Source: an uncultured Chloroflexia bacterium
GTDB lineage: Bacteria; Chloroflexota; Dehalococcoidia; DSTF01; JALHUB01
Direction: 5' to 3'
Length of the DNA: 64,000 bases
Assembly (NCBI GenBank): GCA_963726245.1
Contig: CAVSBT010000030.1
Location: forward strand, 37,480-101,479
Shown: one piece after another, positions 54,013 to 63,009 of the stretch
How positions within the stretch are numbered: position 1 is the stretch's first letter
Layout of the letters: each line of letters starts with the position of its first letter
Translations under genes and position numbers: made by a program
The notes under the pieces: generated by a model
What the model saw: only the letters and a program-made list of their open reading frames with translations
Database searches by the model: none
Told to the model about the DNA's origin: nothing

Positions 54013-54412
54013 TAGCGTGCCCCTCCGCAGTCCAGGCCCACCTGAGCCAGCCCTACAGCACGTCTTGCATTGTGATGGCCCCCTCAGGCGGGCCGGCATC
54101 CCACGGCCGATTGGGTGGCGGGCTGGGGCTACAATCACAGCCCCGCCCTGCCTTTATGCCGACATCCATCTTCTCGCTGTCGTAGGTCACTCCGTCCGGG
54201 CCAGGCCTACCGCCATCACAATCGTAGGTCCCCACGTAGAACAGCGCGGCGGTAGCGTCGCACGTGCTGACCACTTGGTCCCTGGGGCCATCGGGCATCG
54301 GGCGGGGGTTGGCGGGCACCGGCCCATGGGCCACTGCTGTCGGCGTTTGCCTGCGCCCGGCTATCTGGGCGCCAGTATCACCTTACCTGGCAACGCCCCC
54401 TAAGTTGGCGAA

Positions 54413-57400
54413 TCACGACCTGCACCTCCTCCCAAGTTGGCGAATCACGACCTGCAGGTCCGCCGTGTTCACTTGGCCGTCATGGTTCACGTCGTAGCGT
54501 GGATCGTGACTTCGGGACAGTATCGCCCCATATTCGGCGAGAACATCCGCAATATTCACCCGTCCATCACCGGTCACGTCGCCGCAGAAGGCGGTGGCCG
54601 TGGGCGTCCGTGTGGGCGTCCGTGTTCGCGTCGGTGTTCGCGTCGCCGTGGGCGTCCGTGTTCGCGTCGGTGTTCGCGTCGCCGTGGGCGTCCGTGTTCG
54701 CGTCGGTGTTCGCGCCGGTGTTCGCGTCGCCGTGGGCGTCGAACTTGGCGTGGCGGTCGCCGTGGCTGTCGGGATAGCCGTCGGCGTCTGCGTCGGCGTC
54801 TGCGTGGCCGTGGGCGTCTCTGTGGGCTTCGGCGTCGAGTCCGGGTCCGGCGTGGGCGTCTCCGTGGCCGTCGGCGTGGCTGTCGGCGTCTCCGTCGGCG
54901 TCGGCGTGTCAGTCGGCGTCTCCGTGGCCGTGGGCGTGTCAGTCGGCGTCTCTGTGGCCGTCGGCGTGTCGGTCGGCGCTTCCGTCGGCGTGTCCGTCGG
55001 CGTATCGGTCGGCGTCTCCGTGGCCGTCGGGGTGTCTGTTGGCGTCTCCGTGGCCGTGGGCGTGTCAGTTGGCGTCTCGGTGGCCGTCGGCGTCTCCGTC
55101 GGCGTGTCGCGTCGGCCGTCGGCGTATCGGTTGGCGTCTCCGTGGCCGTCGGGGTGTCTGTCGGCGTCTCGGTGGCCGTCGGCGTCTCTGTCGGCGTCTC
55201 CGTGGCCGTGGCGTGTCAGTTGGCGTCTCCGTGGCCGTCGGCGTATCGGTTGGCGTCTCGGTGGCCGTCGGCGTCTCCGTCGGCGTCTCCGTGGCCGTGG
55301 GCGTGTCAGTTGGCGTCTCTGTGGGCGTCGGCGTATCGGTCGGCGTCTCGGTGGCCGTCGGTGTCTCCGTCGGCGTCTCGGTTGGCGTCTCGGTGGCCGT
55401 GGGTGTCTCCGTTGGCGTCTCCGTGGCCGTCGGCGTCTCTGTCGGCGTCTCCGTGGCCGTCGGCGTGTCGGTCGGCGTCTCCGTGGCCGTCGGGCGTGTC
55501 AGTTGGCGTCTCTGTGGCCGTCGGCGTCTCGGTTGGCGTCTCGGTGGCCGTCGGCGTCTCCGTCGGCGTCTCCGTGGCCGTCGGCGTGCTCTGTCGGCGT
55601 CTCCGTGGCCGTCGGCGTGTCCGTCGGCGTCTCGCGTGGCCGTGGGCGTGTCAGTTGGCGTCTCTGTGGCCGTCGGCGTATCGGTTGGCGTCTCGGTGGC
55701 CGTCGGCGTCTCCGTCGGCGTCTCGGTCGGCGTCTCCGTGGCCGTCGGCGTGTCAGTTGGCGTCTCTGTCGCCGTCGGCGTCTCGGTCGGCGTCTCGGTG
55801 GCCGTCGGCGTCTCCGTCGGCGTCTCCGTGGCCGTCGGCGTGTCCGTCGGCGTCTCGGTGGCCGTCGGCGTGTCTGTCGGCGTCTCTGTGGCCGTCGGCG
55901 TCTCGGTCGGCGTCTCGGTGGCCGTCGGCGTCTCCGTCGGCGTCTCGGTCGGCGTCTCCGTGGCCGTGGGTGTCTCCGTCGGCGTCTCCGTGGCCGTCGG
56001 CGTATCGTTGGCGTCTCCGTGGCCGTCGGCGTATCGGTTGGCGTCTCGGTGGCCGTCGGCGTCTCCGTCGGCGTCGTGCGTCGTCGGTGTCGGTCGTGTC
56101 GGCGTCTCTCGTCGGCGTCTCGGTGGCCGTCGGCGTGTCTGTTGGCGTCTCCGTGGCCGTCGGCGTCTCGGTCGGCGTCTCTGTGGCCGTCGGCGTCGTC
56201 TGTCGGCGTCTCCGTGGCCGTCGGCGTCTCCGTCGGCGTCTCCGTGGCCGTCGGCGTGTCCGTCGGCGTCTCCGTGGCCGTCGGCGTCTCCGTCGGCGTC
56301 TCTGTCGGCGTCTCCGTGGGCGTCCGTGGCGTCTCCGTCGCCGTCGGCGTCTCCGTCGGCGTCTCCGTGCCGTCGGCGTCTCCGTCGGCGTCTCCGTGGC
56401 CGTCGGCGTGTCCGTCGGCGTCTCCGTCGGCGTCTCCGTCGGCGTCTCGTGCCGGTGTCTCAGTCGGCGTCTCCGTGGCCGTCGGCGTGTCTGTCGGGGT
56501 CTCCGTCTCCGTCGGCGTGTCAGTTGGCGTCCCCGTCGGCGTATCGGTGGCCGTGGGCGTGGCCGTCGGCGTATCGGTTGGCGTCTCCGTCGGCGTGGCC
56601 GTGGCCGTAGGCGTAGGCGCGTTGGTAGCCGTGGTGGTCGGCGTGGCCGTAGGCGTAGGCGTGTTGGTAGCTTGGCCGTCGGCGTGGCCGTGGCCGTAGG
56701 CGTGTTGGTAGCCGTGGCCGTAGGCGTAGGCGTGTTGGTAGCTATGGCCGTCGGCGTGGCCGTGGCCGTAGGCGTGTTGGTAGCCGTGGCCGTCGGCGTG
56801 GCCGTGGCCGTAGGCGTCACCGTGCTGGTAGCGGTCGGCGTCGACGTCGAGCCCGGTAAGGGCGTCGCGGTCGGTTCCCATGACGGCAGCTGGATTGTCC
56901 TGGTGCCGCCCGCGCTGAAGTTGAGGTAAGAGATCTCCTGACCGGCATACTCCTCGACCTGGTCACCGTTAGGCATGCCGGTGACGGGAATGCGGCATGC
57001 GTGCGCGGTAGTCACTGTCAACGTGCCGCCGCTGGGGGAGCCGTTCGGACCCGGCACGAAAGAGGCGGTGATCCCGCAGGCATTGTAGCTCATGCGGTCT
57101 AGCATGAGCACGCCTATGTCGTGCTGTGCCAAGCCGATGACCGGGACATCAAGGAGGGCATTGTATTTCGCCAGGGTTTCGTCCAGCAGATCGGTGAGCA
57201 GCGAGTGCGTACCGTCGTAGGCCCGAATGTCCGTCTGGTGGAACATCAATGGGTAGGTCCCGTACCTCAGCATGTACTGGAGGATCGTGTCACTCTCGTA
57301 ATCCATGATCTCCGCATAGGTGAGGTTGTGGTCCCACCAGGGGTACTGCCCGTTGGGCCCATACAAGTAGTTGTATTCGGACACCAGCTGGGCGGGGGTG

Positions 57401-58902
57401 CCGGTGTTGTAGAAGATGTCGGTCGGATAGCGCGGGATCTCCAGGATGCCCGGCACCAGCGTATTGGGGTGGCCTGTGTTGGGGGGTGGCAGCGTCCCGA
57501 TGACCGAAGTGTCGGATACGACAGACCGGATTCCAAAATCGTACGCCGCCTGCATGGCGTTCCGGTTGCCGAACCCGGAGACGTCCGGCGTCACCAGGGC
57601 GTCCTTCGCGTAGTGGGAGAACGGGAATCCAGTTGCGAAGGTGTCGTTCTGCTGTAATTGGTTTGTGGTCTGGTTGTAGTTGGTATTATCGAGGTTCTCA
57701 TGGTCATAGGTGTGGTTGACCCAACTGAAATTGGTCTGAAGAGCGTGTGCGCGGGTCGTAAGCGTATCGGAGCCCCCGCCCGTGCTGCCTGACCCGTTGA
57801 ACGCGAATTCAACAGCCACCTGCGACAGGTCGGGAGCGCTAGCGCGTTTCGCCGTGAGCCAGGCGTAGAGCGCGTCCAGATCGGCTCCCGATATGCGGTA
57901 GGTGCCATCCTCCCAGACGTCGTCGTCGATGAAGAGGTCATCCACCTGAGGGGACAGATAGACGTGGCGCTGGCCCAGGAAGAAGCCCTTCGCCAGCCAG
58001 TTGAAGACGCCGTAGTCCAGGGCGAGGGTATGATCTAGCCAGATGGCATTGTCCATTGTGAGGGCCAGGTTCTCCCGCCCGTCGGAGTATGAGTGGACGG
58101 CGGCTACGGTGTATACGGTGCCTCCGACCTGGGTCACGAGGAGCGGCGTGGTGCCACTATTTGGGGTCGCCAGGTAGGTCCAGGCGCCGCAAATGGGCAA
58201 GGGGCTGCTGCTCAGAGACGAGAAAACCGAGTCGCCGGCGGAGGTTAGCGTAGTCTGGAGACAGGTCGCGGTCGTATCGACGCCGCCTATCGGAAAGCTG
58301 AGGCCGTAGTCAGGGCTGACGGAATACGTGTAGTAGGTGGCTTGGCGTATGCGGAACAGGGATTCGTATTGCCACAGGGTCTCCCACTCGGTGGTATTGA
58401 AGGCGCCGCCCAAGTCCCCAGTCGCCAGTATGATCCCCTGGTAGTAGCCATGCTGGTTCCCATCCGACAGCAGGCCCGGCGCCAGAGTGGTCGTGCTCGC
58501 GATCAGCACATTGTACGGCAGCCCGATGTAGTCGAGAGACGTGGTTATCGCCTCGAGGCGCGGGTCGTTGGCCTGGGCTGAGATAACCAAGAACTTGAGG
58601 TCGATGGGGTCATCTGTGGGAGCACTCGCGCTAACGCTCTCAATCGCGTCAGCCACAGGTCTGGTGCCCTGTCCGCTTGCCACGCCCGCCACGCTATTAG
58701 CGGGCTGACTCACATACTCGAACGGCCTCACGACGCCAAGGCCCGGACCCAGGGTCGGGCCCACCGGCGGAGCCGCGTGCTGCCACTGTGGTTGCCCATC
58801 GGCGGGGGCAGGAGAGCCCGCGTTGCTGGGCAACTGCGAGAGCTGGGAGGCTCCGAAGGCGAGAATGGCGATCAGGACGGAGAACCGGACGATCCTACTC
58901 AT
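54413..58902 (-). CDS. secreted multidomain protein: signal peptide, ~700-aa CE4/Agd3-like putative polysaccharide deacetylase, ~770-aa Pro-Thr repeat, C-terminal dockerin; several frame breaks inside the repeat
   Basis: - Signal [20 protein letters not shown].
- Candidate metal/catalytic motifs SPQVDDLF and [11 protein letters not shown].
- Repeat read as [10 protein letters not shown] units.
- Last 60 codons are [23 protein letters not shown]...[22 protein letters not shown] (two dockerin-type Ca loops), hand-translated from 54413-54589. Confidence 0.7.
54590..56900. repeat. 2.3-kb tandem repeat, dominant 30-nt unit, encoding a Pro-Thr linker on the minus strand
   Basis: Units such as gccgtcggcgtctcggtcggcgtctcggtg repeat head to tail (for example 55741-55920). 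No stop codon in any of the six frames, which explains the five long overlapping ORFs in the track. Confidence 0.92.
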
Positions 58903-59064
58903 GGCTGCCTGGCCTCGAAGTCAGTCACGCCGTGCCCAACTTCGACCGGACACGTCCGGCCCCGCCTGTGTTGGGGATTCGGGATGCTGGAGCACACCGG
59001 CCCAAAGCAATCACCATCCACTTCTCGCTGCGGGTGTGGGCCTCTGTCCCTGATGTGTGGCATT

Positions 59065-59469
59065 TCAGTCGTCCAGTATTCCCTGCATTAGGCCGTCGAG
59101 ATCGAGATGTCGCAGCCACCGCCAACGGTCGAACAATATCCCGGAGCCGGCCAGCGTGATCGCCAGGACGCGGATTCGGGGATCACCCTCAGTTGCGCGG
59201 AGAAGGAAAGAGAGGGTCCCCCGGTCCAAACTGATTCGCGCCTCCGTCTCGACGACCAACACAACCTTGTCGGCACTGAAGTCATCAATGAGTCGTAGGC
59301 CATTCTCTCCACTGCGTGTGCTCTCAACGCTAGCAATGCCCGGGTGCCTCACCATCAATCCAGTGACGATGTCACGGAACAGGCGATGTTTGTACAACAC
59401 CACGACGCCCGTTCGGCGCCCCCGGCGGTCGCGCGTCCCTGCCCCCATCTCCAGTTGGCCGACCTGCAT
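59065..59469 (-). CDS. hypothetical protein, receiver-like fold lacking the acidic pocket (pseudo-receiver)
   Basis: VVVLYKHRLFRDIV...ADKVVLVVETE...IRVLAITLAG resembles a CheY-like beta-alpha pattern, but YK replaces the DD pair. 134 codons. Confidence 0.4.
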   Translation of the reverse strand: MQVGQLEMGAGTRDRRGRRTGVVVLYKHRLFRDIVTGLMVRHPGIASVESTRSGENGLRLIDDFSADKVVLVVETEARISLDRGTLSFLLRATEGDPRIRVLAITLAGSGILFDRWRWLRHLDLDGLMQGILDD

Positions 59470-59682
59470 CGCGTCCCTCGGGGACGAGTGTACCCAAGGT
59501 CAGCGTCCGGACGCATCGCCTGACCCGTCAGAGAAGAAAAACCACATCGCCATTCTTGGAGTGGCCATGTGGTTGCAGCGCAGTGGATTGATGGGTCGGG
59601 ACAGTCGCCAGATGACCCAGTCCCTAGGACAGCGGCGTGCCGAGTGGACTATTCCAATGGGCCTACCTGCGGCGGGTCGGCC

Positions 59683-60387
59683 TCACCCCCCAGAGGGAGG
59701 AACTACCCCATGCCGATAGGCCACAGTCGCGGCCTGCACTCTATTCGAAGTGTTCAGCTTGCGCATGATGGAGCGGAGATGGGCTCGAATCGTTCCTTGT
59801 GAAAGATAGAGCTTATCCGCAATGGCCCTGTTGGTTTGTCCTAGTGCCACATGCTCGAGGATCTGACGCTCACGCTCTGTGAGCGAGGCCAGAGCAGGGC
59901 TGAAGCCGGGATCGGGGTCTACGCCAGAGGTCAGATTCGAAATGAGCCGCTTGATGATACGTCTAGAGATGAAGGTCTCGTTCCTTGCCACCTCCAACAC
60001 ACCATTGACGAGCTCTGCTGCATCGGCCGTTCGGTCAAGCAATCCCCGGATACCTGACCGGAGCGCGCTCACTATCACTTGCTCTGGGGCATCAACGGAT
60101 AGGATTACAAGCTTTGGCTCGTCGACCGCCGTCCTCAAGAGACTTAGGAGCTCGATGCCAATCGAATCGTCAAGCCACGCATCCGCCAGGATAACGTCAG
60201 GCTGGGATCGGTGTGCCTTCTCCACGGCCTCGTCGTAGCTGGCGGCTTGCTCCACGACGCCAATTCGCTCATGTTCACGCAGAATGGCAAGAATGCCCTC
60301 ACGCAAGAGTGCGTGGTCGTCGACCACGAGAACTCCAATGCGCTTTTCGCCGTCAGGCGTTACTTGAGATTCCTTCCGCAACAACAA
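59683..60387 (-). CDS. NarL/FixJ (LuxR-type) response regulator; start uncertain (TTG 60387/60384/60381)
   Basis: IGVLVVDDHALLREGI...PDVILADAWLDD...LVILS receiver, plus the LuxR HTH LTERERQILEHVALGQTNRAIADKLYLSQGTIRAHLRSIMRKL. Confidence 0.85.
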   Translation of the reverse strand: MLLRKESQVTPDGEKRIGVLVVDDHALLREGILAILREHERIGVVEQAASYDEAVEKAHRSQPDVILADAWLDDSIGIELLSLLRTAVDEPKLVILSVDAPEQVIVSALRSGIRGLLDRTADAAELVNGVLEVARNETFISRRIIKRLISNLTSGVDPDPGFSPALASLTERERQILEHVALGQTNRAIADKLYLSQGTIRAHLRSIMRKLNTSNRVQAATVAYRHGVVPPSGG

Positions 60388-60802
60388 GCTCCCTGAAGAC
60401 GATCGTCGAACACGACGTCTTTTGCCTTGTCGTGCGAACCTGCGACGTGGATCTCTGGAAGAAGTTCTCGGGATCCGTCGTGTCGCAGCCCGCCACGCCA
60501 ATCCACTCCGACGAGAGCTCGCTGCTTGAGAAGGAAGGACTGCGGGTGCCCGCCACCAGCAACCGAGACGCTCTTGTAAGGTCTATTAACATAATACGGC
60601 CGTTCTGTCAACTCGTCTGTTGGGTCGCAGGTAGAGTGTCCTAGTTACGTCGCAGCTAGGGTACTCTGAGCCCGCCGGCAAGTTTGTACCTGGGTGCCTG
60701 CGGGCATGACCGTCTGTTGCCCCGAACGGGAGCACGCGAGGCAGTATCTGAGAGCAAGGGCACCCTCCCGGCCGTCACACTGCAGAGAGAGAGGTGAGGG
60801 TT

Positions 60803-61241
60803 ATGGAGGTCGTGCACGAGCGCTGCTGTGGGCTCGACGTGCACAAGAAGACGGTGGTGGCCTGCCTGCTCACGCAGGGGCCGGGCGCGAGGTCCATCTG
60901 GGAGGTCCGCACCTTCGGCACCACCCAGGAGTTGCTGGCGCTCAGGGACCGGTTAGGCGCGGCCGGATGTAGCCACGTGGCAATGGAGAGCACTGGCTCG
61001 TATTGGAAGCCCGTGTACAACATCCTCGAGGGCGCCTTCGACCTGTTGGTGGTGAACGCCCAGCACCTGAAGGCCGTGCCTGGGCGCAAAACGGACGTGG
61101 GCGACGCCGAGTGGATTCCCCGATCTGCTGCGCCATGGCCTGCTCCGTCCCAGCTTCATCCCCTCCCGGCCGGAGCGCGAACTGCGTGAGTTCAGCCGCT
61201 ACCGCACCGCCCTGATCCGGGAACGAACTGCTGATATCAAC
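60803..61241 (+). mobile_element. IS110-family transposase remnant (N-terminal DEDD domain only; frame break in CCCC run 61118-61121; C-terminal half absent)
   Basis: MEVVHERCCGLDVHKKTVVACLL...VAMESTGSYWKPVYN...VVNAQHLKAVPGRKTDVGDAEWI, then (+1 frame) DLLRHGLLRPSFIPSRPERELREFSRYRTALIRERT. Similarity ends at about 61241. Confidence 0.8.
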
Positions 61242-61316
61242 TCAGTGGCCACGACAAGTGCGATCCCGGCAGGTCCTCGCGCTGGTCGTGCCTGGTAGCG
61301 ACATGCGCCAGTCGAA

Positions 61317-62532
61317 TTGACTATTATGGTAATATGTGGCGGAGGTTTGCAGAAAGTGACCTCGGCACGGGCTGTCTTCCATGTTCAGATGATCTCACTG
61401 GTGGCAGGGCTCCTGATCCTCGGAACGCTGGTCATGGGCAATACGTGTGATCCGGCGCCGGCGGCTCCAATGCCGACAGGTACGCGCACGACCGTAGCAA
61501 TCGCTAGCAATCGTCTAGCCGCCGCGGCGACTTCTACCCGCACGCCAACGCGAACGCGGACTCCCACCCGCACGCCAACGCGAACGGCCACCGCCACCGC
61601 AACGCCGACGCCCACGGCTACAGGAACCGCCGGCGGGGTTTGGAGGCCCGCGCAGGCCACCACCTGGCAGTGGCAGCTTACCAGCGACCTTGATCTCTCT
61701 GTCGATGCCGCAGATGTGGGACATCGACCTCTTCGACAACAGCGCAAGCGTCGTCGCCACCCTACATGGCCAGGGGCGCAAGGTGATCTGCTACATGAGC
61801 GCCGGGTCATGGGAGGACTGGCGACCCGATTCCAGCGACTTCCCTGAATCAGTCTTGGGCAACTACCTTGAGGGCTACGACGACGAGCGGTGGCTCGACA
61901 TTAGGCAACTGGACGTGCTCGGCCCGATCATGGGAGCGCGGCTCGACCTCTGCCGCGATAAGGGCTTCGACGGCGTCGAGTTCGACAACATAGACGGCTA
62001 TAGCAACAGCACTGGCTTCCCGCTGCGTGCGGCCGATCAGGTCGCCTACAACACGTGGCTTGCGAACGCCGCCCATGAACGGGGCCTGTCGGCGGGGTTC
62101 AAGAACGACCTCGACCAGGTCACTGATCTCGAGCCGTCCTTTGACTTTGCCATAGTAGAGGAATGCTTCCAGTACGATGAGTGTGATTTGGCCCTCCCCT
62201 TCATCGAGGCAGGCAAGGCTGTGTTTGAGGTCGAGTACAGCGGAACCCTCGAGAGCTTCTGCCCTCAGGCGAACGCTATGGGCTTCATGTCGATGAAGAA
62301 GCATCAGAGCCTGGACGCCTGGCGCCAGCCCTGCACCTCATCCACCGAATCTACCGTTGGCGGCGTCGCAGAGCTTCCAGACCTTGCTGGAGCCTCGGTA
62401 GGGGAGGCGGGTGCGCCTGCCGAGGGCGCTGGTTGGTCGGCTGGCGCCTACGCCGCCCTCGGTGGCGCATCGGCGGCAGTTGTAGTCTGCATCACCTCCG
62501 CCTGGTACGCCAGAAGGCGGTGGCTCAGTTAG
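61317..62532 (+). CDS. secreted/anchored GH114 (endo-alpha-1,4-polygalactosaminidase-like) hydrolase with TRTP linker and C-terminal TM anchor; 1-nt insertion ~61705
   Basis: WQWQLTSDLDLSVDA | MWDIDLFDNSA...VICYMSAGSWEDWRPD...ERWLDIRQ...GFDGVEFDNIDGYSN...GLSAGFKND...AIVEECFQYDEC. The paralog at 47.2 kb reads gtcgacgcccagatgtgg where this copy has gtcgatgccgcagatgtgg. The tail AAVVVCITSAWYARRRW is hydrophobic then basic. Confidence 0.8.
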
Positions 62533-63009
62533 GCACCCACACAACGGCCTCGCCCTGGGGCTTGCTGGGGTCTGTGCCGGTCGCGGCTGCCGGAATCGAG
62601 GGGTTCTCCATGCGTGAGATCGACGCGACGCGGCCGCTCACTACTCCAGCGGGTGCTGCAGTCCCGATACGCCGACCTGCTCACAGTCCGGCAGTCCCAC
62701 GAAATGGCTCACAGCCGGGACGTCGGCGAAGACCGACGCTGCTTGTGGCAGTGACTCCACTTGAGGTCCGTCGAATTGAACACCAGCCACCCAGATCGAG
62801 ACGGGCAACGCCGCCCATCATCCCGGGGCTGTCAGTGGAATGCCCTTCGGACCTGGCGTGGCGACCCAGAAGCATTGAAGAGCCAGTCCTCGCTTGCTCA
62901 GAAGCTGGCGCGGATGAATGCTGCGTTCTGCAGACTTGACCGTCAAGACTCGATTTGATATCCGAGGGCCTCAACCATCGGGCGCGCTCGAGATCAAGCC
63001 CTGTCTCAA

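Noticed and set aside
54053-54334. 93-codon Cys-rich minus-strand ORF in the gap between the dockerin gene stop and the pelF start
   Set aside because: It has a GTG start without an RBS, no signal peptide and no recognisable family. It cannot be distinguished from chance in GC-rich DNA. Left unannotated but worth a look in transcript data.
54590-56900. Possible CRISPR array because of the regular short repeat
   Set aside because: The units abut each other with no unique spacers. The period is 30 nt, there are no cas genes, and the tract is translated as a PT linker.
54437-56929. Plus-strand ORFs of 830, 701 and 523 aa (RRLRGRRR / [14 protein letters not shown] peptides) across the repeat
   Set aside because: They are out-of-phase or antisense readings of a stop-free 30-nt repeat. 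Only the minus-strand Pro-Thr frame connects to real flanking domains (enzyme head upstream, dockerin downstream).
62380-62532. LPDLAG in the GH114 C-terminus as a sortase LPXTG signal
   Set aside because: The residue pattern does not fit LPXTG. The motif also lies about 25 residues before the hydrophobic helix rather than immediately adjacent. I describe it only as a TM-plus-basic-tail anchor.
62533-63009. Overlapping ORFs 62433..62939 (+) and 62681..62974 (-) in the gap after the GH114 gene
   Set aside because: There are no motifs or RBS, and the composition is Arg/Pro-rich. Probably non-coding or decayed sequence.
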